Below, piece after piece: positions 13,371 through 26,758 of a stretch of DNA of 64,000 nt. The stretch comes from Octopus sinensis (lineage: Eukaryota): assembly GCF_006345805.1 (NCBI RefSeq), contig NC_043005.1:50840001-50904000 (forward strand), read 5' to 3'. Below the pieces are notes generated by a model. That model was not told where the DNA came from, ran no database searches, and saw nothing but the letters and a program-made list of their open reading frames with translations. A program made the translations under genes and the position numbers. Within the stretch, counting starts at the first letter, position 1, and each line of letters begins with the position of its first letter.

Positions 13371-14424
13371 CATACATACACACACACTCTACTTATGTGT
13401 ATTTAACAAAGGTCCGTATCTTTCTACAAGTTTCTATATCTTAAGTTTTCCTCTCTACCTTTTGTTCTCTTTACACTCCACGTGCATGTGTAAGAAATGT
13501 ATTTACGAACGTACACACATAAACAAATATATGTATACATACATGTGTGCATGTATACGTGCTTACGTGCGTGAGTGCGTGCATGTGTGTGTGTGTGCGT
13601 GTGCCTGTGTGTGTGCCTCTGTGTGTGTGTCTGTGTGTGTGGTGTGTGTGTGTAACTATAAGGAGAACTATGTATTCAACAAGCTCCTACGTTCTGCTTG
13701 AACAACTTGTGTAATTGAGTGTGGGCTACTTAGAAATACAACCGACATCGTCCACGGCTCAGTCGTGTTACACAGGAGACTAAACAAAGGATACTAATTA
13801 ATTAGTCAGGTTTTGGTTCAGTGTTTAGCTTTATTAAAGATCCATTGTCTCAGCAATGAAGTAATGAAGTGAATATGAACTCCTGCGTATATTTCTTTCA
13901 CTTGTCACATATTCATCCTGCAAGCAATTCGCTATCTAAATTCACTTACATGTTGGTTCCTAACTTTCCTCTCAGTAGTCTCGAAGGTCTTCATAAAGGC
14001 CAAGTACAATGCATTTCTTTACAAAAACAAAAGCATATACGCTTAAAAAGTGAAGAAAATTTTATCTCCATCAGTTTCATTGATGGAAAACTTGTCCCAA
14101 TTGTGTGATCAACCCAACTAGCTACTCGCGGAGTAATTAGCGGATAAGTGGTTCAGTATTCCATAGGCACAAGTAACTTTAATGTAACCTTTTTAATGTA
14201 ACCCAGTGTGACGCAGTGTATGGCAAGGTAGTTTCTTTTGATTTTACAACTGAAAATCCACCCGATGAGCCTCCGTTCAGTTCTTCTTTCTCCCTGCCCG
14301 ATTTCACTGACCATAAAAGTTCCCGACACTATTCTATACGGTATCTCGGAATGCATTATCAAATATGTCCTACTTTATTTCAAATAATAGTCTGTGAACT
14401 GAGTGTGGATTTGAATGTTTATCT

Positions 14425-14514
<90 letters not shown>

Positions 14515-14517
14515 GTT

Positions 14518-14553
<36 letters not shown>

Positions 14554-14583
14554 GACAGGCATATTGATAGATAGATAACAGAC

Positions 14584-14654
<71 letters not shown>

Positions 14655-14655
<1 letters not shown>

Positions 14656-15505
14656 TACTTGTTTCAGTCATTAGACTGTGGCCATGCTAGAGCACTGCAT
14701 TGAACAATTTATAGCCGAATGTATCGACCCCCAGTACTTCTTTTAAGCATGGTAATTATTCTATCGATATCTTTTGCCGTACCGCTAGTTAACGGGGACA
14801 TAAAAAGTCCAATACCGGTTGTCAAGCGATGGAGGCGGGGAGAAACACAGACATAAATATATACATATATGTGTGTGTGTGTGTGTGTGCGTGTCCCTTC
14901 ACCTCTGCCGGTTGCTCACACGTGACTACAGGCCATTTCTCTCGCCTCTCGACATTTCTTCTCTTCTATTTATTCTATCTATATCCTTTCAAAATTTATC
15001 CTAGGTGTTACCCATTACAATTCATCTTGGCCTAACTGCCCTTAATGTTTCTCTTCGTCGATTGTTAACTCTGTACGACCACTCTGTTGCTCCACAAATT
15101 TATATTTTTAAAATTTCTGGATGCTGCTGTCTTCTGAAGTTTTCCTGTCTTGTCGTAGAAAGCATGAAATGGGGAGTAGTAAAATAGTCGACAACTGAGG
15201 AGGAGTTATACTTCTTTTGGTATTTTGTCTTGTTATCTCTCATATCTTTAAGTATTTTTAACTCGTTTGTGATGTCCTGTACTTACCTCGTATGTTAACG
15301 TATTTTTCCCTCGTTGGTGATATCCTGTACTTAACGTGTGTTTACATATATACGACGGGCTTCTTTCAGTTTCCGTTTACCAAATACACTCACAAGACTG
15401 GTCGGTCCGAGGCTATAGTAGAATACACTTTCCTAAGGTGCCATGCAGTGTGACTGAAGCCGGAACTGTGGTTAGGAAACAGACTTCTTACCACACGCCC
15501 ACACC
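14655..15505 (-). mobile_element. SINE family A split by a ~450-bp insert in its central microsatellite
   Basis: 3' half at 14655-14860, 5' half at 15350-15505, unrelated sequence at about 14890-15340. Confidence 0.8.
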
Positions 15506-15541
15506 TGATATATATACAGACAGACAGACAGACAGACAGAC

Positions 15542-15619
<78 letters not shown>

Positions 15620-15763
15620 GCGACAAAATCTATCATATTAATGCCCTATATTTCTAATCGTATATCAATCAATGTATCTAGCAAGCTAGCTCTTTGTCTA
15701 TCATTTTATTTATCTATCAATTTATCTTTCTGGGGGGAGGCGTACGTGCGTGTATATATATAT

Positions 15764-15807
<44 letters not shown>

Positions 15808-16299
15808 ATCCATCTAGCTGTTTCTCTAGTTGTTTATCCAGCTATACATCTATCCATCTATCTGCTAACATATCAAACGAATCGAACGAGTAAGTTGAGT
15901 CTCTTTCACCGACACCTGTTTACACAAGCTGGTTCAGTGCAGAGAGTGCAGCAATTGTAATTTTCCCAATAACAGTTTCAGGGTAAACGGAAAACTCTTT
16001 GATTCATTTCGTATCTGAAATAAAGTACATTTTTTCATTCATATCTGATTGATAATAAATGTAGAATATTCTTTTTTTAACGCCAGGTGCCATTCAGCCT
16101 GAAGATCCTAGAGAATCTAATGTAGTGATTTGTATGAATATTGACAGATGTACCTCTAAAGAAAAGCCTAGGGAAAATCCGAAATAATATCCCAAAGTTT
16201 TCCCGTGATATTTATACATACATACATACATACATACATGCATACATACATACACACATACATACACACATACATACAAACAAGCAAGCATACATATAT

Positions 16300-16491
16300 A
16301 CGAGTGGAATTTGTCCCCCCACTTTTGCTTGACGACTGATGATAGCGTGTTTATATCCCGGTAACATTAGTGGTTCGGCAAAAGAAAACGATAGAATAAG
16401 TCCTGAGATCGATTTCTTCGACTAAAACCCTTTAAAGCAGTGTTCCAGCATGGGTACAGTGAAATGACTAAAACGTGTAAAAGAGTAAAAG

Positions 16492-16495
<4 letters not shown>
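16300..16495 (+). mobile_element. SINE family A, 3' half
   Basis: tttgtcccccc...tagtggttcggcaaaag...ttccagcatggg...aaaagagtaaaaga. Confidence 0.75.
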
Positions 16496-16541
<46 letters not shown>

Positions 16542-17309
16542 ATATTTCGTTTTGTGATTTGGTTTGCAACATACTTTATGTGAGTTCGTGTGTTGAAGCA
16601 TATTCTGTTGCGACTGGGGAGAGTCATTCTCTTTTGCTGCCTTATAATTTAACACACTCACCGGTAAAATCTCCACTCATTTACTTATTTTTCATAAATT
16701 TTCGTTGCGTCTTGCAACCTTTTCAGTAATTGTTGACTTTGTCCGTTATTCAAGCTGCGTTCGATTTGTTTGTTTGTGCGCATGTGTGTGGGTAAGTGTG
16801 TGTGCTGATACCCGTATGTATGTATGCATGTATGTATGTATGTATGTATCCGAGCACCCGAAGGACCCAACACTCAGACAAATACAGGAGCACGTCCATA
16901 TAAATGAAACATCCCTAGTGCTAAATAGGAAATATACGTAGTAGATAATCACCCCTCCCCCCACCATAATTACAGTTTATATTTATATATAGGTAAAATA
17001 GTGTGCTGTTATGTAGATGTGTGTGTGTGTATGTATATGCACATGTATATAGGCAAATGGATATGAAAGTAAACAGATAGACATACTGACGGATAGGTAC
17101 ATAGGTAATATGAACAGAGAAGTACAAATATACATACGCAAAGGAAAACTGAAACACATAACCATTTACACACACACACACACACATACACTTCACTTCA
17201 CACAAGGTCATATATGGAGATATCTATTAAAGACTTGATATAGATATGCTCGTTCATATATTGACGCATCCGCATAAACGCGAATATATAGACTTGTACT
17301 CACAGGAGC

Positions 17310-17340
<31 letters not shown>

Positions 17341-17348
17341 AACAGACA

Positions 17349-17662
17349 TAGTAAAGGCGCGTGGCGTAGTGGTCAGCGTACCCGCCTGACGATCGTAAAA
17401 TCGTTTGTTCGATTCCCTGCGGCGCGTTGTGTTCTTTAGCAACACATTTTATTGCATTTTGTGCCAGGTCACTTAGCTGGCAGAAATGAGTTGTATTTCG
17501 AAGGGTCGGCCTTCTCACATTCTGTGTCACGCTGCAAGTCCCTGAGAACTACGTTTCAAAGATACGCGTGTCTGTAGAGAGCTTAGCGCTTGTAGGCTAA
17601 CTTCACGAGCAGGTTGTTCAACGGATCAACTGGAATACTCATCGTTGTATTCGACGGAGTGC
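17349..17662 (+). mobile_element. SINE family C
   Basis: ggcgcgtggcgtagtggtcagcg...gttcgattccc...gagaactacg...cacgagcagg...ggatcaactggaa...gacggagtgc. Confidence 0.8.
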
Positions 17663-17941
17663 TAGTTTCATACAAGTATACCTCAGTTTACGTTGGCAAG
17701 TGATTGCAAGGAATGCGAAGAAACGTGCAAAACGACGCAACACGACAAATCATTCTTTAAAAATTCTATTATCTTCTATCTGTTTTAATGAATGGTCTAT
17801 ACGTATATTTTCATAATTTCTTTTTTCTAATTTTTATGATTATCCGACTTACGACGGATAACTCGACTGAAATTCAGTTTTATTTCTTAAATGTCGGAAA
17901 AGACATTACTCGAAACGACGTAAGTTGAGGCATGCCTACCT

Positions 17942-18003
<62 letters not shown>

Positions 18004-18528
18004 TGTGTGTGTATGGATGGATGTGTGTGCGTGCGCATGTGTGTGCGCGAATTTATATATATAGATAGACAGATAGGCAGATAGAGATATAAATAGACAG
18101 ATAGGTTAAAATCATTAAATGTGCAACTTCTGCATAAAAAAATAGGGATTTAATGCTTTTAAGCGAGTTCAGTGGACCAACCCAATGACGCAGAACTGGT
18201 AAGGTCGGTGCTAGCGTTATCACTGTTGTCAGCGGAAATGAAATTAATTAAAATAAAATGCATGGTTTTGGGAAAGAACCATTAGCTTAATGATAAAGTA
18301 TAGTGAAGGAAAGCAAGGGTGACAACCCAGAAAATTTAATTAAATAGAAATACAGTGTGGACAAAACGTTGCTTCTAATAGTACCCGATGAAGAAAGTGC
18401 TTGAGGACAGTACTACCAAAGAATACTGGCAGAGAAGGTGGATGGGTGGCTGGATGACAGGAATTTAATTTTACTAAATACAATTATTTTGCTCCCTAAA
18501 TTAAGCATGTTAGCGCCACCATTTAATA

Positions 18529-18741
18529 TAAGGGGGTGCTTAAAAGTTCTTGGCTTTTGTTAAAAGAAAATACAAGAGGATCAGCTAATTATGATTTTAT
18601 TCAATGTACTTCTCTCAGATTCACACACTTACTACAGTAGCTCTTCAGTTTTCCTAAGCCTGTAAAAACACGCGGAAGGTTGAGCCTCCAACCATTCTAT
18701 TCGCGGCACCCTTAAAGCCCAGAACTTTTCAACGACTCCTC

Positions 18742-18742
<1 letters not shown>
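18529..18742. mobile_element. Mariner-type MITE, copy 1
   Basis: Degenerate TIRs (agggggtgcttaaaagttcttggcttt ... aaagcccagaacttttcaacgactcct); homologous to 18787-19003. Confidence 0.75.
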
Positions 18743-18784
<42 letters not shown>

Positions 18785-18786
18785 CA

Positions 18787-19003
18787 TACGAGGGGATGTT
18801 GAAATGTTCCTGGCTTTGGGTAAAAGAAAATACAAGAGAATGAATTATGATTTTATTCAACATATTCCCATCTCAGATTCACACACGTATTGCAGTGATC
18901 CTTCAGTTTTTCTAAGACCTGTAAAATAAACTCGGAATGTTGGGCCTCTAACTGAGTCTTTCGCCATACCCTTAAAGCCAAGAACTTCTCAGTACCTTTC
19001 GTA
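18787..19003. mobile_element. Mariner-type MITE, copy 2 (~215 bp, TA TSD)
   Basis: TA|cgaggggatgttgaaatgttcctggcttt ... aaagccaagaacttctcagtacctttcg|TA. Confidence 0.85.
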
Positions 19004-19204
19004 TATAGCTTATATCCAGAATGCGTTCATCGGTCTTTCCAGTTATTCTGACGTTTGTTGTTTTTAGCCAAAGATCAACTCTCAATTTTATGTCTTTGAC
19101 TTGCGTTAGCCAACAGACGGTGACTATGATGCGGCACTTCCCTGAAAGGGCTTGCAATCGAACAAATCAATACTAGTACGTTTTGCTTTAGTTTCGTTTG
19201 TTTT

Positions 19205-19318
19205 CAAGATTGGAATGTCTTCTATCGGTCTTCTTTTCTCAAATTGCTAAGTTACAGAGACGTAAACAAACCAACACCAATGGTCAAGGAGTGACAGACA
19301 GGTAACAAACAGACATAC
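19205..19318 (-). mobile_element. SINE family A fragment
   Basis: ttctatcggtc...gctaagttacagagacgtaaacaaaccaacacc. Confidence 0.65.
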
Positions 19319-19385
<67 letters not shown>

Positions 19386-19602
19386 CGATACTTCTGTGGC
19401 TGAGTGATAATATTTATCTCCACTTAAACGTGAATGCTCTGTTAGAATAAACTGAACTGCGGTAGATACCACGAAACAAACCCTTATAGTCGCTTTTGGT
19501 GCAAAATGCACTCTTGTTATTTTTTTTCATCGCTCTTTATTCTAACAGTACATCCGTATTTGAGACAAGTATTACTTTTCGGTATTAATATTGCCTCTGT
19601 CG

Positions 19603-19643
<41 letters not shown>

Positions 19644-19884
19644 TGTGAAGCATGACTGTCACCACTACTACATGAACCCGAAGATCGCAGAATTTAATGC
19701 ATGAAAGTACTAGTTCAATCAGAATGAGCATTTAACATTCTACTATTTGATTTGATTTTATTCTATTATAATATATTATCTTATAATATATCATTATAAG
19801 ATTGTAAATAAAACGTGAAAATCAGACAAGGTTGGAATTCCTTTTATTAATATATTCTTCTATACACAATCACGCACACCCATA

Positions 19885-19931
<47 letters not shown>

Positions 19932-20670
19932 TAACTAAGTGTGATTGTCTTTTTTTTTTAGGCTATAAAGATAGTATTTCAATAGCAATCCCCGTAAGTT
20001 TATTCTGGACAAAGCAACGCCATTAATAAAATAAAGTATTGGGCAGTTATTACAGATATAGTAATAAGAACAAATATATTTCCCTTTACGATGATGGTAC
20101 GTGGTCCAGCAGCAAAGATGTTTGATATACAATCAGATTGTTAGGTATTTTAGTCTATTTCTTGACCAAAGCACTTCAATTTCATTTCATATAGTTCCAG
20201 TTCATTCAGTTTGAAATGAGTTGCGTTTCTTGCAGACTGGAGTCTTGCACAAAATTATTCCAAAATCTTGCAAATAACAAGATGTCAACAACCTTCGATA
20301 AGTTCGACAAATTGGATAGTGTTAATATAATTGTGTGTGTGTGTGTGCGTGTGCGTGTTTATGTATGTGTGTATGTATGCGTAGACACATGCATATACGA
20401 ATATTCATACACACACACACATATAAATATATATATGTACCTAAGTGTATACGTACGATTCCTCATACACTCATATATAGGCGTATATAAGTGAATATAT
20501 ATATATATATATATATAAACATACATACACACACACTCATACACACATACACACATATATATATTGAATCCCAATGGTGTAAGCAACATTTTATTCCACG
20601 TATTGATTTTAATTAATCATATCAATGATGATTTGGCAAGCTAATTTAAAACTACATATGTATATATATA

Positions 20671-20713
<43 letters not shown>

Positions 20714-23335
20714 TATGTATATGTGAATGTATGTATGTACGTATATGTATATATACACACATACACATACATACATACATACGTACACACACATTATGGA
20801 TGTATATATTATGTGTGTGTGTGTTTAATTTAACCTACTTTTGAATTGTCAATATTAGAAGTTAACCAAATTCAAATTATGCATACAAGAGGAAGATGGT
20901 GGGAGCAAACTGAGGTATATCATAAAATGAGAGAGGAAGTATCATAATCATGCATTGCAGATAAGTATGGTTGTGTGTTTATATACACACACACAAATGT
21001 GATGGTATGTGTATATATGAGCTACTGTATGGAGTCATGTATAACTGCATATTCTAACATGCACTTATGTACATAAGTGCTTACATACATGAAAGAAGGG
21101 ATATGCTTATGATTTAAGTAGTTATGTGCGTGCAATATGATGAGGTTAGATATGTTGTATGGCATAGATGTGTATTTCTGTTATTGATTTCTCTAATAAC
21201 AAGTAGGCGATATGCACTTGTGTATCGTTTATATATGTCTGTATATTAATATATACCTGCGTGTGTGAGTGTATATGTGTGCTTGTATATTTGTTTATCT
21301 ATGTTTGTGTGTGTATGTATGTGTGTGTGTGTTTATGCAGAGGTAGGTGAACATGGTGAAACAACGAAATGAGACAGAGAGAGATATGACCCACAAGTGA
21401 AACTCTGTTTTCATGACAAATGAAAAATAAAAACAAAGAAAGAGAAATAGAACGCTATGAATATCGTAGAGAAATATATGTTTTAAAAGGTAAATAAAAG
21501 TAAAATACTATATATATATAAGGACAAGATCATTAATTAAGTACCAAGTGGCCAGCATAGGAATAAAAACCTTCAAAGTTAATAATTATCATTAACATTT
21601 TAATTTAGGGTATCTAAGAGATACCACCACGCTTTAAATAGCAGCCAAAACTTGACTTTAAAACCGCACACTAACACACATATATATATAAAAACTTATA
21701 AAAATATAAACAAAACATATTCATAAGAATGAAATGTCGTTAGTGGTTGTCTGTTCTCTCTCATAAAGTACTTGAACGTAAATCGTAAGTTACGTTTACA
21801 ACTGACAATTAGTTCGTTACGCTTATTAAAAGATTTTATTCTCCTGTTGGCGAAAAGGATCACGCAGAGGCAAAGGTTGTAAAATCTATCATTACAGCAA
21901 CAGGGTTGGCCAGTATAGACAATTTATTTTTATAGCTAATGTTTGAGGAGAAATTTGTATCAAATTATTTTATTTATATTTTTATAAATTTACTTTTATG
22001 AAACCACACACACACACAGACACACACAAATATGTATGCATGTATGTATGTATGTATATATATTTTTATAAATTTACATCTATTTATGTATGCATGTATA
22101 TGTACTACTCACAAACTCACTCAAACGCGCGCGCGCCCACACACAAGCTCACATAGAAGCGAAAGACTGCAGATGGAAGCCTCCGTTAGCGAGTAATAAT
22201 TCAGTTTTTACTGCTCTACTCGAGTGAAGCACGCAGTCCCAGGGGATAAACGCTCATAACGTTCAGAAATTTGCTGTAAACACAGGGTTGCCAACAATGC
22301 AAATATGATTGCTTTTGCCACAATCGAGAGAAAGCGTTGCATCATCTTTATGCACCTTCTGCCGTTTATTATGAAGAAAAGAATCTCTGATGTCTCTTTC
22401 ACCCATTATACACTCATAAGCATACAAACATTCAGCCATACGTACGTACGTACACACACATGTATAAGTATATGTATGTGTGAGTATGTATGTATATATG
22501 TGTTTATGTGTCTATCTGTGTGTGTGTGTATGTGTGAATGTGTGTCCCTTGGTTGACTGTTTCGTGGTTTGTTGACCACTCGTCCACAAGACGCTCCTGG
22601 CTTCTCTTCTCAAACAATAGCATCGGTCTGTTGCTATGTTAAGCAGTTACGAATTAAGCAAGCACCGTTGTGGTCAGTCTAGTTCTTCTGATCTACTATT
22701 TTGCATAAAATGGTTTACTTTATGAGGATACATCAAAAACAAAAACATGGAAATTAAGCTCTCCACTACGGTGCTGGCCCAATTCATAACTTCTTTATAT
22801 TGCAGCTGACTTATGCTAATAATTGGAGAAAGAAACCGAGTACTTTATCTCTGAAGAACAGTCAACACTGTTAAACTGTCCGTCAGGAGACTGCCACCCA
22901 CTATTTTCTGCATATCAATTGTTTAGAAAGAATGTGTTTAGATTTCTATTTAACTCACAGGGAGGCTTTGCAATGCTTAAATTTTTCCAGTTGCCCTGAA
23001 TTATACTATATTGTACATAACATATGCACAACTGTGAGTGTGTATGTATATGTGTGTGTGCGTGCGTGTGCGCGCGCATGTGTGTATGCTTCTATACATA
23101 CATATTTAGATTAATGTTTCCGCGTACACAGGTTTGTGTGTGTGTGTGTGTGTATGTGTGTGTGCGTGAATTCGTGTTTAGAGGATACGATAACTGTATA
23201 TGTAAGAGTGTAAACTTTTAAAAAATATATATTGTTAAATGTGTGATTTTGAAATGAACCAAACAAAGGAATGTAGGGAAGAGAAGGTGTGAGAGAGGGA
23301 GAGAGAGAGAAATATAGTGATGGAGAGAGAATGAC

Positions 23336-23390
<55 letters not shown>

Positions 23391-23844
23391 GAGATTGAAA
23401 GACAGTAGTGTGTGAGTACGGGGCGGGAAGTGAATGAGAGCAAAAACGAAAACCTTGCCGAAGGATGTGTCATCTAATCCGGAAATATTGTAAAGATTTT
23501 ATAATCTGTTTCAGTTTAATTCATATTATAATCTGAGCCTTTCTTTCTCTCCTTTTTTTTCTCACTCTTCTTCCTTCCTACATTGCTCTCCTTTCTTTTT
23601 CAATTTCTTCTACCTTTCTTTCTTTCTTCTTTCTTTCTTTCTTCATCACATTCTTCTATTCCAGCTCTTCTTTCTTTTAATCTATATTTTTCGATCATTC
23701 TTTCACCATGAGTTTGTTATCGATTTTTGGTGGTTCTTTTTTCTCTCTTCTCTACATGCTGTTGTTGTTGTTGTTGCTGCTATTCTTATTCTTATTCTCG
23801 TCGTCATCATCATCATCATCATCATCACCATCATCATTACCATC

Positions 23845-24055
23845 ATCATCATCACTAGTATATTGTATTTTTGTGTCTTTTATTATTATCGTTTTTATTC
23901 TCTCCTTTCCTGACAACTATAAGCTTAACAGTCGTCGTTATCATCATCATCATCATCACTAGTATATTGTATTTTTGTGTCTTTTATAATTAACGTTTTT
24001 ATTTTCTCCTTTCTTCACAACTATAATCGTCACAGCCGTCGTCGTCATAATCATC
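23845..24055. repeat. Diverged ~105-bp tandem duplication bounded by (CAT)n
   Basis: catcactagtatattgtatttttgtgtctttta...ctcctttc...caactataa occurs twice head to tail. Confidence 0.85.
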
Positions 24056-24721
24056 ATCATCATCGTGGTCGTCGTGGTCGTCGTCGTCATCATTGTCAAC
24101 AGCATCATTATCAATACCACCATCCTTAACATGAGCATTATCATCAATAACAGCAACAGCAATATTGCCTCTGTGATTAACCACCATTCGTCATGTGTGT
24201 AGGTTTATCAAGATTGATTAGATAGATGTCATTTGAATGAGTCGCCGGTATCTCTTAATATTTTAGCGGATTATAAAAGCCAGGAGTGTGTGAAGTCCCA
24301 AGTGAGCGACATAAAGAAAGATATTGAGAGAGTGAATGCAGAAAGGCGAAAGAGAAGGGAGAGGGAGAGGGAGAGGGAGAGAAATCACCATCTGCATCAT
24401 CGTCATCATAATTATCATTGTCGTCATCCTCGTGATGATCTCATCGCCATCATCATCGTCGTCGTTGTCGTTATCATCGTTTTTAAGGTTATAATTTTGG
24501 GCACGCTGGGATGGATCTTTATTTCATTGAGGCAAATTCAACGTCGGTAGCATTTGAACACCGAGCGCATTAAAGAAAATCCAGTAAATGCCATGTGGTG
24601 TTTTTCATGTAGTCTAATGATTCTGCATATTCACCGCCTGAATGTATGTATGCATGTATGCATTCGTGTATGTATGTATGTATGTATGTATGTATGTATG
24701 TATGTATGTATGTATGTATGT

Positions 24722-24946
24722 ATGCAATGGCCTAGTGGTTAGGGCAGCGGACTCGCGGTTGTAGGATTGCGGTTTCGATTCCTATACCAGGCGTTGTGAG
24801 TGTTTATTGAGCGAAAACACCTAAAGCTCCACGAGGTTCCCGCATGTGTGGTGGAAAACCTTTGCTGTACTCTTTATTCCACGAGCAGGCTGTTTCGTTT
24901 ATCGGATCAACTGGAACCTTCGATGTCGTAACCGACGGAGTGCCAC
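24722..24946 (+). mobile_element. SINE family D, internally deleted
   Basis: gcaatggcctagtggttagggcagcggactcgcgg...ggtttcgattcc...cacgagcaggc...ggatcaactggaacc...gacggagtgcc. Confidence 0.85.
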
Positions 24947-25239
24947 GATGTATGTATGTATGTATGTATGTATGTATGCATATATGTATGTACGTTATGT
25001 ATACATATGTATGTATGTATGCATGTATGTATGTATGTATGTATGTATGTACGTATGTATGTATGTATGTATGCGTGTATGAATGTATATATGCGTGTAT
25101 GTATGTATGTATGCATGCATGTATGCATATATGTTTCGAGGAGTGAATTTTGTGAAGCCCGATTCCCCAAGACTGGTGCGGAAGCATTTAGTTATATATT
25201 TAGGTGTAACTATAGGTATAAGGAATATAAATCTAAATT

Positions 25240-25552
25240 ACGAAACCGCTAAGTTACGGGAACGTAAAGAAGCCAACGTAGGTTGTCAAGCGGTAGAGTA
25301 GTGTACAATCACAAACATCATCACAAACACATGCACACATGCATACACATACATACAGACATACAGACACACATACATACAGACATATATACGATGGGCT
25401 TACTCCGTTTCCATCAGCCATACCCTCACAAAGCATAGGTCAGCCTGAGACTATATTATAAGAGACTTGCTCAAGGAGCAGTACTGTGAAACCGAACTTG
25501 AAACCATCTGGTTGCTAAATGAACTCCTTAAGCTCACAGTTACGCCTGCGCC
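25240..25552 (-). mobile_element. SINE family A, degraded
   Basis: accgctaagttacgggaacgtaaa...ggttgtcaagcg...gatgggc...ggtcagcctgagactata...gacttgctcaagg. Confidence 0.7.
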
Positions 25553-26442
25553 TATAAAAGGATTCTTTGTTTCTCTTTGAAGAAATTCTCTCCGAATACC
25601 TTTAAATTGACTATAATCCTTCCTCAGCCAGCTCATAGTAAACATATTGTCACTGCAGATACAAACATTGACGCGATGGTGTAGAAGGCATGCATTACTG
25701 CGAGGGAACGTAGTAGAGCAAGGAATCTGATCTGATCTGTTGTAATACGATCGTTTCCTCGTTGTTATAGGCATGTCCGTTTCAGAAGGACGTTTGCATA
25801 GAGTTGTTTGGACAATATTTAGACTTTGGGGAATAAAATTACATCACTTACCTTTCGAAATAAAACTACACTCATTAATTCTCTTCTTACGCTCAACAAA
25901 TGCCGCTTGCTGACGTAACCGCTTTGTAGGACATTAATTCTGTTCTGAATGAATTTAGACTCCCAATGTAGTTTCATTCTTGTTCGTGTAGCCAACAGAG
26001 AGATGTATTTTTGCCATTTTATAGCAATTAAATAGATCATTATTGACTTCATATGCCTAGAAATACGCTTTATCGTTTCGGTTTCTTCTATAGCGACAAA
26101 TGAAATGGCTCTGTTTAACTTTACCGTTTTTGTTTAGCTTCGGTGCTTTTTCTAATGATGTTGATGTCATCGGATCCGGCCATGTTGCATGCTGCAAATC
26201 GCTACATGATGAATTCAAGTTTGAGACGGACATCACTACGATCTTGAATAAAATATGGCTTTTTTGTGGTGTGTGGATAGCGAGGTTACTGAACGTGATA
26301 AAATGAATAAGCAATTATCTAAGAAGATTGATAGTTGTGGCACTAATTTTGCTCACAAATTCAATGAATAGTCTCAAATAAAAGAATATGCGACTGATCG
26401 CGCTCAATATTTAAGTATGTAACCATGTACATACGTTCTTGT

Positions 26443-26758
26443 GAAGGCGCATGGCTCAGTGATTAGAGTGTCGAGCTTACGGTCGTGAGTTCGATTCCAG
26501 GACCGGGCTGCGTGTTGTATTCTTGAGCAAGACACTTTATTTCACGTTGCTCCAGTTCACTCAGCTGTGTTTCGGCGTCACAGGTGCCAAACTGTATCGG
26601 CCTTTGCCTTTCCCTTGGATAACATTGGTGGCATGGAGAGGGGAGACTGGTGTGCATGGGTGACTGTTGGTCTTCCATAAACAACCTTGCCCGGACTTGT
26701 GATTGGGAGGGTAACTTTCTAGGTGCAATCCCATGGTCATTCATGACCGAAGGGGGTC
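26443..26758 (+). mobile_element. SINE family C head and body with alternative tail
   Basis: ggcgcatggctcagtgattagag...gagttcgattcc...ttgagcaagacactttatttcacgttgctccag...gccaaactgtatcggcctttgcc...catgaccgaagggggtc. Confidence 0.85.

Noticed and set aside
15255-15330. Minus-strand donor GAG|GTAAGT at about 15286
   Set aside because: It falls within a short tandem duplication inside a TE-like insert
25690-25770. Possible pre-miRNA hairpin (cgagggaacg/cgtttcctcg)
   Set aside because: Only 10 contiguous pairs; extension needs a 4-nt bulge and several mismatches, short of a miRNA-like stem
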